From IMG/VR virus record IMGVR_UViG_3300005573_000057, positions 76,450 to 140,449 of that record: a stretch of 64,000 nt of DNA; one strand, written 5' to 3'. Under the pieces are notes generated by a model. It ran no database searches, was not told where the DNA came from, and worked only from the letters and a program-made list of their open reading frames with translations. The position numbers and the translations under genes were made by a program. Source of the stretch: a virus. Of the stretch, positions 46,336 to 58,000 are shown one piece after another (position 1 is the stretch's first letter; every line of letters begins with the position of its first letter).

Positions 46336-48201
46336 ATGACTACGCAGCTATCAACAACACTCCAAAGTCCAATTCCGCTGACTGGCTTCGATAGTATCAA
46401 GGCTGATTTGATTGCTTATTTGCAATCGCTTCCGCAGTTTACTGACTATAACTTTGCCGGATCTAATCTACAGGTTATCATCAATCTATTGGCGTATAAC
46501 ACGTATTACAACATTCTGTATCACAATCTAAGCATCAATGAAATGTTCTTGGATTCCGCATCCAAGCGAGATAGTGTTGTCAGTCGAGCATCCGAACTCG
46601 GTTATTTGCCTCCAAGTACAACATCGGCTGTGGCGATGGTCAATTTGCATGTCAATCCGGGGGCTTCTGGTTCCCCGGCACAAGCCGTTTTACCGGCTTT
46701 TTCTCAATTTTCTACATCCATCAATGGAACTACGTACAACTTTTACACGCTCCAAAGCTATGTCGCGCCTGTCAATACAGACGGAAGCTATGATTTTAAT
46801 AACGTCACGATTGTCGAAGGAACGCCAGTCAAAAACACCTATACCTTTACTGGCAACACTTCGACTCAGATCCCAATTGTTATAGCCAATCAAAACAGTG
46901 ATGTAAGTACGTTGTCTGTGAATGTCTACGCCTCTGCTGGTAGCGACACTTATACAGTTTACAATTCAATCAATGATCTAACTTCTGTCACATCGACAAC
47001 CCCGGTTTACTTTATTAAAGAAATCCGAAACCAACTGTATGAAGTGAGTTTTGGTCAGGGTGGATTTGGAATGACACCTCCGGCTAATTCGATTGTGCAA
47101 TTGACATACTTGGTCAGTAGTGGCCCAGCCGCCAATGGTGCCTATGGATTCGCCTTTGTACCGAATCAATTTTTGGGCGCTACTGTTGTCGTTACAACGA
47201 CCTCAAATGCCGCTGGTGGCGCTCCATTGAGTTCCTTGGACACAATTCGCTTCAATGCTCCGCGTCAGTACGCTGCCCAGAATCGTGCCGTGATTGCTGA
47301 AGATTACATTCAGTTTGCTTACCAGTATTTTCCATCGGCCCAGAGCATCAATGCTTGGGGTGGTGAGGACAATGTTCCGCCACAGTACGGCCAAGTTTTT
47401 ATTTGTGTTCAACCTACTGGCGCTGCGTTGTTGACCTCTGCCCAATCTTCTCTTTTGGTTTCCCAACTAAAAAACAAGGCAGTCACAACTATCATTCCTA
47501 AAATTGTTCCACCAGATCAACTTTTGATCAATATTACTTCCGATGTTTATTATAATCCATTATTGACAAACAACACTCCAAATTTTTTGCAAGCTAGTGT
47601 AACCAGCACAATTTCGAACTTTGGGTCAACGATTCTAAAATTTGGGTCGATGTTTAGATATTCGAATCTGCTGACTGCCATTGATCAAACTGATCCATCT
47701 ATTCTCGGAAACACAACTTCGATTACGTTGACTCGGGTTTACAACAATCTTTATATCTACTTCGGAACAACAAGTAGCTACTCGTTTGTTCTTGGCAATC
47801 CAATCGAATATACCGGGAATCCAGAAGAAGCCATTTTGACGACCGGATTCATGATCGCTGGTGACACGGTTAACACCTATTACATTGACGATGATGGAGT
47901 TGGAAATTTGAGATTGTTCTACTATGACATAAACCAGAACAAAACCATTACAAATACTGCAATTGGAACGGTGGACTATAGTTTTGGCCAGATTTCAATT
48001 CCTTCTCTGAATCTTTCTAGCGTTGTTGGTGGGCAGTGGAGTTTTAACATCAAACCACAATCCTACGATGTTTATTCATACCAGTCTCAGATTTTGTCAA
48101 TCAATCAATCTGCAATCAATGTCAATGTCATTGTTGATCCAACGTCCACTGGTCAACTGGTAAGTTCAACTGGTTATCCATTTAGTAGCATTCGGTCATG
48201 A
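46336..48201 (+). CDS. 6: Baseplate wedge subunit gp6
   Basis: FTDYNF.GS, LAYNTYYN, NEMFLDSA..R.SVVS.A..LGY.P, QNRAV..EDY, WGGE...PPQYG.VFI. Confidence 0.93.
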   Translation: MTTQLSTTLQSPIPLTGFDSIKADLIAYLQSLPQFTDYNFAGSNLQVIINLLAYNTYYNILYHNLSINEMFLDSASKRDSVVSRASELGYLPPSTTSAVAMVNLHVNPGASGSPAQAVLPAFSQFSTSINGTTYNFYTLQSYVAPVNTDGSYDFNNVTIVEGTPVKNTYTFTGNTSTQIPIVIANQNSDVSTLSVNVYASAGSDTYTVYNSINDLTSVTSTTPVYFIKEIRNQLYEVSFGQGGFGMTPPANSIVQLTYLVSSGPAANGAYGFAFVPNQFLGATVVVTTTSNAAGGAPLSSLDTIRFNAPRQYAAQNRAVIAEDYIQFAYQYFPSAQSINAWGGEDNVPPQYGQVFICVQPTGAALLTSAQSSLLVSQLKNKAVTTIIPKIVPPDQLLINITSDVYYNPLLTNNTPNFLQASVTSTISNFGSTILKFGSMFRYSNLLTAIDQTDPSILGNTTSITLTRVYNNLYIYFGTTSSYSFVLGNPIEYTGNPEEAILTTGFMIAGDTVNTYYIDDDGVGNLRLFYYDINQNKTITNTAIGTVDYSFGQISIPSLNLSSVVGGQWSFNIKPQSYDVYSYQSQILSINQSAINVNVIVDPTSTGQLVSSTGYPFSSIRS

Positions 48202-49538
48202 CCGCAATAGTCAAACCTTTAACATCGAACTTTACACCGGCTCAGGTTCCGCATTTTGTTGCGGAAAGCTACCCGGTGTTTGTTCAATTCATGCAGGCGT
48301 ACTATACGTGGCTCGATAGCTATGTTCCTCGGGATCTGGAAAATGAACAGAACGTTGATGATAGTTTGAGTGGGTTTCTGTCGCATTACAACGCAGAGTT
48401 GAACTATCTTAGTGGTATTTTCGCAGGGTTAACTCCGCAGCAATTCATCGAAATATCAAAACAGTTTTATTTGTCGAAGGGATCTGCTGCATCTTATCAG
48501 TTGTTGTTCAATCTTTTGTACAACGAAAGTGTAAGTTTGACATATCCAAGTTCTCAAATATTCAAGCTTTCGGATTCACAATGGATACAAGATCGGAGTA
48601 TTTTTGTCAATATCACGGTCGGTAACGCATTCAATCTTATTGGACAAACGGTAACAATTCAAGTTGGGTCAAACAGTTATGTGGTTTTGGTGTCTGCTGT
48701 TTCTGTTGTAAACGGAACGATTTATGAGTTGTCTTTAGATGCCTCTGCCCGAAACGTTCCTATGAATTGTGTTGGATATATTGTTACAAGTTTGGTGGGG
48801 GTTAGTGGCACCGTTGTTGGAGTTGTCAACCCATTTGCATCAACCATCTACCAAGCTGGAAACGGGTTCTCGGTTGGTCAGACTTACAATGTTCAGCCAG
48901 TAGGAAGCACTTCTTCGACCACGATTAAGATTACAAGTGTCACATCTGGCGGTGGTATTGGAAGCTTCGAAATCATTAAATTTGGATCTGGATATACGGC
49001 TCCTTTTAACGTTGTTATTGTCCCGACAACGAATTCAACTAAAGCAACAACAACTGTTTACAATCCATATGTCGATAATCTCGGAAATTTTAGCGAAAGT
49101 GGTTATATTTTAACGTCAAACTATTGGATTGTTAATCAGTCAAATACGGCTGTTCAGTATGGAAGTGCAGATTATGTAGGTCAGGTTATTTCGTCTTTTT
49201 CTTCGACTGAAAATACTGGTCTGGCTTCAACGACAACTCCGACTAATTTAGCCATTGTTTCTTTCGGGATTGGTGGTGTAGCAAATTATCCTGGCTACTA
49301 CCAGACAGCTAACAGTCTGTTGGACAATCCTGCATCTGTCTTGCAAGATAGTTTGTATTATCAGCAATTCTCGTATTTGATTAAATCGACGCACCCGTTG
49401 AGTGATTTTGAACAGTATGTCAAGAACTATCTCCATCCTGCCGGAACAAAAGTGTTTTCGGAATATGGTATTGAGACTGTATCTCCGTTTAACAACTCTC
49501 CACCGCCAATTGTACAGACAATAACAACATATCCGTAA
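48198..49538 (+). CDS. Baseplate wedge protein (gp7-like)
   Basis: YP.FV.F..AYY.W, FY.SKGS, LQDS.YYQ.FSY, HPAG.K.F. Confidence 0.8.
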   Translation: MTAIVKPLTSNFTPAQVPHFVAESYPVFVQFMQAYYTWLDSYVPRDLENEQNVDDSLSGFLSHYNAELNYLSGIFAGLTPQQFIEISKQFYLSKGSAASYQLLFNLLYNESVSLTYPSSQIFKLSDSQWIQDRSIFVNITVGNAFNLIGQTVTIQVGSNSYVVLVSAVSVVNGTIYELSLDASARNVPMNCVGYIVTSLVGVSGTVVGVVNPFASTIYQAGNGFSVGQTYNVQPVGSTSSTTIKITSVTSGGGIGSFEIIKFGSGYTAPFNVVIVPTTNSTKATTTVYNPYVDNLGNFSESGYILTSNYWIVNQSNTAVQYGSADYVGQVISSFSSTENTGLASTTTPTNLAIVSFGIGGVANYPGYYQTANSLLDNPASVLQDSLYYQQFSYLIKSTHPLSDFEQYVKNYLHPAGTKVFSEYGIETVSPFNNSPPPIVQTITTYP

Positions 49539-49583
49539 CAGCAATTCTCCATACCTAACTACTAAAGACTAACAGGACGGCCA

Positions 49584-50024
49584 ATGCAAGAAAGCCTTAA
49601 ATTAACAGGGGAACTTGAAATTATCACTAGAGATTCTAGTGGAAAAGTCAAACTTCACCTAAAAAAACCAAATTTGATTGTTACTGTTGGAAAAACTTGG
49701 GCAGCTAGCGCATTGATTGGGGCTGTCCCGTATATGAATGCAATTGCAGTTGGTACAAGTTCAGTCCCTCCTAATGTAAGCGATGTAGTGCTTGGGGCCG
49801 AACTTGCTAGGGTAGCGATGAATACGCCTACGTCTTCGGGATCGACGATCACGTATACAGCAACTTTTAATAGTGGTGTAGGAACCGGAACGTGGGCGGA
49901 AGCTGGAATCTTTAATAGCACAAGTCCGACTAGCGGAACAATGCTTTCCCATACAACATTTTCTCCTGTTACCAAATTATCAACTGATGTAACAACAATT
50001 ACTTGGTCGATTACAATCAACTGA
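49584..50024 (+). CDS. Virion structural protein (baseplate/tail associated)
   Basis: NLIVTVGK, AVGT, EAGIFN, ITW.I. Confidence 0.7.
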   Translation: MQESLKLTGELEIITRDSSGKVKLHLKKPNLIVTVGKTWAASALIGAVPYMNAIAVGTSSVPPNVSDVVLGAELARVAMNTPTSSGSTITYTATFNSGVGTGTWAEAGIFNSTSPTSGTMLSHTTFSPVTKLSTDVTTITWSITIN

Positions 50025-52009
50025 TGACTACACAGACATTCAACACTAGTGCTTTTAGTACCTCGATGGCTCAACGTTTCGTGGACGATGTGCTATACAA
50101 CACTGGAAACTACTTTGTCGGTTATGGATACGGGATTCCTTGGGGCAATCCCGATATTCCTCCGACCCTGTATGACAATGCTCAAACCGAGTTGACTGCT
50201 CGGCGCAACCTCATTTTCGTCAAACGCTTGACAGATCCTCAAATTGTGTTTGGAACTGTTCGCCATGATTGGGTGAGTGGAACGGTTTATGACTTCTATG
50301 ACGATGCAATATCCCCAACAAACCCGGCACACTCTGGCGCTACAAGCCTTGAAACATCCATTTTTTATGTTTTAACACCACAAAATAACGTTTATAAGTG
50401 TCTATTCAATAATTATTCTTCTCCATCAACAGTGATGCCTACTGGCACATCAACTAATCTGTTGTACACTGCTGATGGATATGTGTGGAAATTCCTGTAC
50501 ACGGTTCCTCCTTATCTGGTCAATTCGTTTCTTGATTCGAATAATTTGCCGGTTGTGCGATCTGTTCAATCGAATTTTTACAGTGGTGGGAGCATTTCTG
50601 CTGTAACGATTACGAATCCCGGAAGCGGTTATACAAGCGCATCTATCAGTATTAACGGGGATGGATCAAGTGCAACGAATTCGTTTTTGATTCAATCTTT
50701 GACGATTACTGCTGCTGGTTCTGGATATACGTCAAGTCCAACGATTACTTTTCAAGCTCCGCAATCAACAGGAACCGGAAATGTTACTGCTGTTGGAAAA
50801 ACAACTATCAATGCTGCTGGTCAGGTTACAACGGCAACTTTAACTGTAACAGGATATGGGTATACATCTTCACCAACGATTACTGTGAGTTCTCCGGTTG
50901 GAAGCTATATTCTTTGGAATCCGGGAACGGTAGTGATTGGTGGTCAAGTTTTGTTTACTGGAACAAACTACTATACAGTAACACAGGGCGGCACAACAGG
51001 CACAACGGCTCCTACGGCAACTTCTGGAAGCATTTCGGATGGGGGGGCAACATTGGCTTTCTCCGGTTCTCAAGCCATTCTTACGGTAAACGGAGTCTCA
51101 AACCCAGCAAAATTTACACCAAATATTGCGAATGGTCAAATCACTTCGGTTACGATCAATGATCCCGGAATTGGTTATAGCTATGCCGATTTGGTCGTAA
51201 CTGGAAACGGAAGTGGGGCTTCTATTTCCCCTGTTATCTCAACATCCGACCTGACAACAAACCAATCAACAGTCGAATTAACTGCCGTCAAAGGGTCACT
51301 AAGTTCAATTCTTGTAACCAATGGTGGTCAAGGATATAGCACAGCAAATGTTGTTATTAGCGGCGATGGGAGTGGGGCGACTGCAACTGCTACCGTCACC
51401 AACGGTAGAATTACCAATGTCCTTCTTACAAACATTGGTTCTGGATATACCTACGCAACTGCAACGATAACCGGAAATGGAAGTGGCGCTACCTTGCGTG
51501 TCATTGTTGCTCCCATGAATGGTCATGGGTGGAACGCGGTTGATGAACTCAAATGTTCGTCTATTTTGATTCGTGCTGGCATTGGAAGTGATCAAAACAA
51601 AGGATTTAGTCCTCAAACGTCTTATCGGCAAGTTGTCTTTTTGCGCAACATCAACTCATATGGATCTAAAAACAGATTTCTCGATTACAGTGGAAGTGCA
51701 TGTTTTGTTGCAAATGGTACAGTGAGTTTGTCACAATTTTCTGCCGGTATGATTTTAACACAGGGTTCTAACCAATTTCTTATTGTTGCGGCAACGACTA
51801 CAGGACTACTTTTGCAAGCTCTAAGTAATGTGGCTCCTACGCCAAACACTACCTATTTGAATCCTAGTAACAATTCTTTTATTCCGACATCTATTGTCAA
51901 TCCCGATATTGATGTGTTCTCGGGAGATATGCTACAACTTAATGCATTGGCTCCGTTTTCTCCGTCAGGAACACAACGGGTCAGTTTCAACAGTAACTTG
52001 CTTTTCTAA
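50024..52009 (+). CDS. 8: Baseplate wedge subunit gp8-like with beta-repeat insertions
   Basis: R.DW.SGTVYD.YDD, FYV.....VYKCL.N, DGY.WKFLY, GHG.N...EL, SGD. Confidence 0.8.
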   Translation: MTTQTFNTSAFSTSMAQRFVDDVLYNTGNYFVGYGYGIPWGNPDIPPTLYDNAQTELTARRNLIFVKRLTDPQIVFGTVRHDWVSGTVYDFYDDAISPTNPAHSGATSLETSIFYVLTPQNNVYKCLFNNYSSPSTVMPTGTSTNLLYTADGYVWKFLYTVPPYLVNSFLDSNNLPVVRSVQSNFYSGGSISAVTITNPGSGYTSASISINGDGSSATNSFLIQSLTITAAGSGYTSSPTITFQAPQSTGTGNVTAVGKTTINAAGQVTTATLTVTGYGYTSSPTITVSSPVGSYILWNPGTVVIGGQVLFTGTNYYTVTQGGTTGTTAPTATSGSISDGGATLAFSGSQAILTVNGVSNPAKFTPNIANGQITSVTINDPGIGYSYADLVVTGNGSGASISPVISTSDLTTNQSTVELTAVKGSLSSILVTNGGQGYSTANVVISGDGSGATATATVTNGRITNVLLTNIGSGYTYATATITGNGSGATLRVIVAPMNGHGWNAVDELKCSSILIRAGIGSDQNKGFSPQTSYRQVVFLRNINSYGSKNRFLDYSGSACFVANGTVSLSQFSAGMILTQGSNQFLIVAATTTGLLLQALSNVAPTPNTTYLNPSNNSFIPTSIVNPDIDVFSGDMLQLNALAPFSPSGTQRVSFNSNLLF

Positions 52010-52021
52010 CCAAAACAAAAC

Positions 52022-55000
52022 ATGAACCTTAATATTGCTCCTTACTACGATGATTTTAGCGAATCGGATCAATACCAACAAGTGCTTTTTAAGCCTTCTG
52101 TTGGGGTTCAGACTCGTGAACTCAATAACGTTCAGTCGATCCTTCAAAACCAAATCGCTCGGTTTGGTCAGAACGTTTTCCAAGAAGGCTCAATGGTTAT
52201 TCCCGGAAACGTTACTTATAACGGATCTTATAATTATGTGAAATTGCAGAACTCCTATAACGGATCGTCTGCATCTTCAAACATCGTACAGTTGGTTGGA
52301 TACGAAGTCGAAGGACAAACCAGTGGCGTCACTGCATTGGTGGTAAACTATTTCAATCCTTCCAATGGAACTCCAACGTTGTATGTTCAATATACATCGA
52401 CTGGTACAAATACGACTCAAAAGACCTTTCTGGATAATGAAGTCATTGCTCCGACCAACCCGCTGTTGGCTGCATATTCGGTGCAGGCTCTTGCAAGTGG
52501 ATCGACCGGAACTGGTTCTGCATTCAGTGTGGCACAGGGTATCTATTTTGTTCGTGGGTATTTTTCTTTGGTTCTTCCGCAGACTATTTTGCTAGATCCG
52601 TATGATTCGACTCCAACTTGTTCGGTTGGCTTCCTTGTCAACGAAAGTATTGTAACAGCACAGTCAAACAGCGTATTGCTTGATAACGCGCAAGGATACC
52701 CAAACTACAGTGCTCCGGGTGCAGATCGCTACAAATTGACGCTTACGCTGTCCTCCTATGCTAGTGGTGCAACAGTCCCAACAAATTTTGTTCAAATCAC
52801 AAGTTTTGTTAATGGCGTGCAACAAGGGCCTGTCAATCAAACGACTTACAGCATCATTGCTGATACATTAGCAAGTCGCACGTTTGATGAAGCCGGGAAC
52901 TATACAGTCAATCCGTTCAGCATCAAACTGAAATCAAATCGTAACAACTCTCGTGGTGCTTGGGTTGCTGCAACAGTCTATCTCGCCGGTGATGTTGTCA
53001 CGTCGAACGGAAACTACTATACGGCACTGATTCAGGGAACAAGCTCGACAAATGCCCCTACAGTTTTGAATGGTATTCAGACCGATGGAAGCGTTGTATG
53101 GATGTACACGATTGCTCCGTATTTCAATCAAGGTATCAATCTTCCATCCAATACGGATACATTGTCAACGGCGCAAACTGCCGACTCCTACGCTGTTGCT
53201 GCAATTGGCCCTGGTAAAGCATATGTCAACGGGTATGAGTTGCAAAAAGTTGCAACGACAAACGTTGAATTGCTCAAGCCACGGACAACTGCTCAAAATG
53301 ATGCTGCCGTTGTTAACACGGAATTTGACAACTATATCCTCATTACGAATGTACATGGTCTTCCAGATTTTACCACGTTACCTGTTTGTACGCTTTATGA
53401 TCAACTGAACACAACTCCGGGAGCAGTGAACGGAAACCCTCTTGGAACATGCCGTTTGATGAATGTGAGTTATGTTTCCGGTACTCCGGGGACGACTACT
53501 GCAATTTATCGGGCATCTTTGGGCGATATTCAACTGAGTTCAACGGCGACCAATTTCAATCGTCAAGTCAAACAGATTGCCTACAAACTCGGAAGTACCT
53601 ATTTTACAGCCAGTGTTTCGAATGTCTTGATTCCAATCCAAGGGTCTGTTACGGCTTCTGCATCGACAACGTTGACTGGTACTGGAACCCTATTCTTGAC
53701 GCAGGTTCAAGTTGGCGACTGGCTTTGGATGGATGCTAACAACTATGCTATGGTTACAGCGATTGCGTCGAATACATCTTTGACGCTATCGACTGCCGTG
53801 AGTGTCACTGGCGAAGTGCCTAATTTGATCACCACAAATCTTGTTAATTCCCAAAACAACCATCTTTTGTGGGCTTTGGGGAATCCTAATGTTGCATCTG
53901 CCCGAAACGAGTTTGGCCAGATTACTACATCTTATACCGTCATTCAAAGTTTTTCGGCTACTGCTAACTCTAGTGGCGTCATTGTTATCTCCGTGACAAA
54001 CAGTGCAACCGATACGTTTGCACCAACGACGAATGCGGCCAACTATATTGTTTACGATACCACTTCAAATTCCATTGTCAATCCTGCTTCTTTGTCTTTA
54101 AATGCCGGATCAACTCAATTGACTGTGACAACGACTTCGGCTCTTAGTAATCATGTATTTATGATTGAGGCCGCTGTCAACCGTGTTGGAAACGGCACAG
54201 AAAAGACTAAAACGCTCACTGGCGGCACATTGACATTGACCACGGCGGCTGCTACCTCTGGAACTGTTATTCCTCTTGGTGAGGCCGATGGGTACTCTCT
54301 GATGCGTGTGATGCAGGACACAGGATCTTTTGCGGCCCCTACGGGAACTTATGGAATTGATATTACGGCCAACTACAACTTTGATTCTGGCCAAAGATTT
54401 TCTCACTATGCCCCAGCTTCGATCATTCGAAATACTGGTGCTCCTGCTCCAACGGCCCCCATTCAAATTTCATTCCTCTATTTCTCACATAGTGCCACTG
54501 GTGATTACTTTACGGTGAACTCTTATTTGGGGACTGTAGACTACAAGTATATTCCAAGTTTTTCCGGTATTTTCTTGGGGGATGTGATTGATTTTAGATC
54601 CCGCGTCGATACTTCTGGCTCGGCTCCATCTGTGAAGAACGGATTCCCGGCTGTTGGATACGATACTTCGATCAGCTACAGAAATTATTTGCCACGAAAC
54701 GATATTATCGCTCTCGATTCCACAGGTACGTTTAGTGATATTATGGGGGTTCCTGCTACAAATCCGCAATACCCTGTTGCGCCTACGAGTTCAATGAGTG
54801 TCTACAAGATTCAACTGAGTCCATATGTTCCATTCGTGAATTCGGAAAGCATTTCCTATACAGAAGTTGACAATCAAGTTTACACGATGGCTGACATTGC
54901 TCAACTTGATCAACGTATTACAAATTTAGAATACTATACTTCTTTGAATTTGTTAGAGCAAAACACCCTGAATCTTCCTTTGACGGATTCAAATGGTCTG

Positions 55001-58000
55001 CCTTTGTACAAAAACGGAATTGCAACTGATAACTTCGATGGAAAATCAACGCTCGGGGATGTAACCAACCCGGACTTTATGTGTTCGATGGACACAACTA
55101 ATGATGTGTTGCGTCCGTTCTATACGATGCAAAGTTTGCCTTTGGTTGAACAAGCAACGTCAACGGCACAGCGGTCTGCTGATGGATACCAGTTGACAGG
55201 TAACATTCTTTCTTTGCCCTATACGCAAACAGTCTATGCTTCACAACCATACGGCACCAATTTTCTGAATGTCAATCCATTTGCTGTGTATTCGTTCATT
55301 GGAAACTTGAGTTTGACTCCACCGAGCGATAACTGGTTCAGTACAACGTATTTGCCCGATCAGGTTACGCAAGTAGTCGATAATTATACCAATATGAATC
55401 TTGCGTTGCAAGCTTCGGGGGTTCTGGGAACGCAATGGAATGCATGGCAAACAACATGGTCTGGTGTCACATCAACCAACTCAACTGCCGATGGGTACTA
55501 TATCGTTGGTGGAAATGGTAATGCAAATTCATTGACTTTTACTCAAGCCGGAAACACTCCTTATGCTGGCGGGATTGCATCGCATTATCAGATCAATACA
55601 TCGAACGTTGCTGGTGCTCCTGCTGTTGTTTCTTTGAACGGCGCTGCTGCTTCTCAAATCTACAATCAGTATTATGCTAATGGTCAGAACGGTGGATGGT
55701 TGCATGGAACGTTCCAAGTCAACACGATCAATTCAACAACGGCGACGAACCAAACTCGTACAGGAATCCAAACAACATTGGTTCCACAAACCACCGACTC
55801 CATTAACAGTACAAGCACGGTTTCTCAGACTGCTATTCCTTATATGCGTCAACGCAACCTGCAATTTCATTGCAGTGGGCTAAAACCAACATCTGAGTAT
55901 TATGCATACTTTGATTCGACAAATCTGTCCAGCTATGTTTCTCCAGCATCAATGATTGTCTTTACGGCAATCAGCGGCCAATCAAGCACATTTGACCATA
56001 CGACAAACGTAGGATCTGCATCGAACACATCTGCGCGTTCAATCGCTGGTGATAGTGTCACGGTTCTCTCGGTTGGTGATGTTCTTACGGGACAAACATC
56101 AGGTGCAACTGCAATCGTTGTTGGTCAGGAATTCAATATTGCTCTTGGCCGTAATGAGTTGTATGTTGTCAATGTCGTTGGAACCTTTGCGGTTAATGAG
56201 ACTATTAACGGTTCTGTGAGTGGTGCTTCGGCTATTTTGAATAGCTATACGCCAAACTCAACTATCTTGACGACAAGCAACGGTAACGCATATGGTTTGC
56301 TGGAAATCCCCAATAATTCGTCGGTGTCTTTCCGATGCGGAACGGTTAATGTTGTTCTAAGCGACAATCCAACATCTGCCCTGACTTCTAACGCAACATC
56401 ATTTGCTGTTGCTCAGTTTGTTGCTGATGGTACTTTGAATACCATGCAGAACAATTTGACTGCTACCACGAACGGGCAAATTGTTCAGTCGCAAGTAACT
56501 CAGAATCAAACCATCTATGGTAACACATCGTATACCCAAGCTAATTTCTTGGGATATTACGACCCATTGAGCCAATCATTCTCGGTAACTCAAGCGAGTG
56601 GTATTTTTGCAACAGGTGTGGATCTGTTCTTCGAATCTGCCGATGCTTCGGTTCCGGTCACTGTGCAGCTTGTCACTATGTCGAATGGCTATCCTTCGAC
56701 GACTATTGTGCCATATTCCACAGTAACGCTTCCGGCAAACCAAATCAATATCAGTACAAACGGATCTGTTGCAACTCGATTCACATTCCCCGCGCCAGTT
56801 TATCTCAACGGGAATACAGAATACGCGATTCGCATTATGAGCAACAGCAACGCTTACAACTTGTTTGTAGGAACGTTGGGATCTGAGGATCTGGTTACTG
56901 GAAACTTTGTATCCCAAACTCCGTATGCTGGTGTGTTGTTCGAATCGAAGAATTCTTCGACTTGGCAACCTAACATGACAAGCACGTTGAAGTTCAATTT
57001 GTATGCTGCTCAATTCAGTACAGCCGCAGCTACCTTCAATTTGCAATCTGTGAACGCTCCCGCCGTTCCACTGCCTGTCAACCCATTCTCGGTCACTAAC
57101 GGGTCAAATCAGGTCACTGTGTCCTTCATCAGTCACGGCTTGTCCAATGGGTCAACTGTTACGTTGTCTGGCGCTACAAGCGGAAATGGATTGCCTGCTC
57201 TGAATGGTAACTATGTCGTGGAGAATTGCACTTTAGACACATTCACAATCACGGCTGGAAGCAATGCGACGCAATCTGGTTTGATGGGTGGATCTACGGT
57301 CGTAGGAACAGGGAATGTTCAATATGATGTTCTGATGACAGACATTCAGGATCTTAATTTTTCGGGAACAACGACAAGCTATGCAGTCAAGACCACAAGT
57401 GGCAAGTCAATCAACGGCACAGAAACCCCCTATCTCGTAGATGGTAACTTTACGCCGATCACGAATAACGCCAACACTTACTTTGCAAACACGAAACTTG
57501 TGGCGAATGCCCAAAATTCGACAATCAACATGGGTGGCAATCCAAGTCTTGTTGTCCAGGCAACTCTGCAATCGAATTCTGCATGGGTGTCCCCGGTCAT
57601 TGATATTAGTCGGTGTTCGGCCACATTGATCCAAAACAAGATCAATAGTCCTGCAACCAATAACGAAACTGTGGCTTACGGTAGTTCGAGTTATGCCAAG
57701 TACGTGACGAAACCACTATCGTTTGCAAATCCAGCATCGAACATTCATATTATGTTTGGTTATAACTTGTATCCACAATCAAATATTCTGGTCTATTACA
57801 AGACTGCTCTGAGTTCATCGGGTACAAATATTACCCAAGAAACCTATACGTTGGCGAATCCTGATAGTCCTCTGTCTGTTAATTCGGGTAATAACTTCAT
57901 GGATGCGTCTTATACCATCATGAATCTTCCTGTTTTTGATACTGCGGTCATTAAAATTGTTCTGCAATCCACGAACGAAGCGCAGGTTCCTCAAGTTGAA

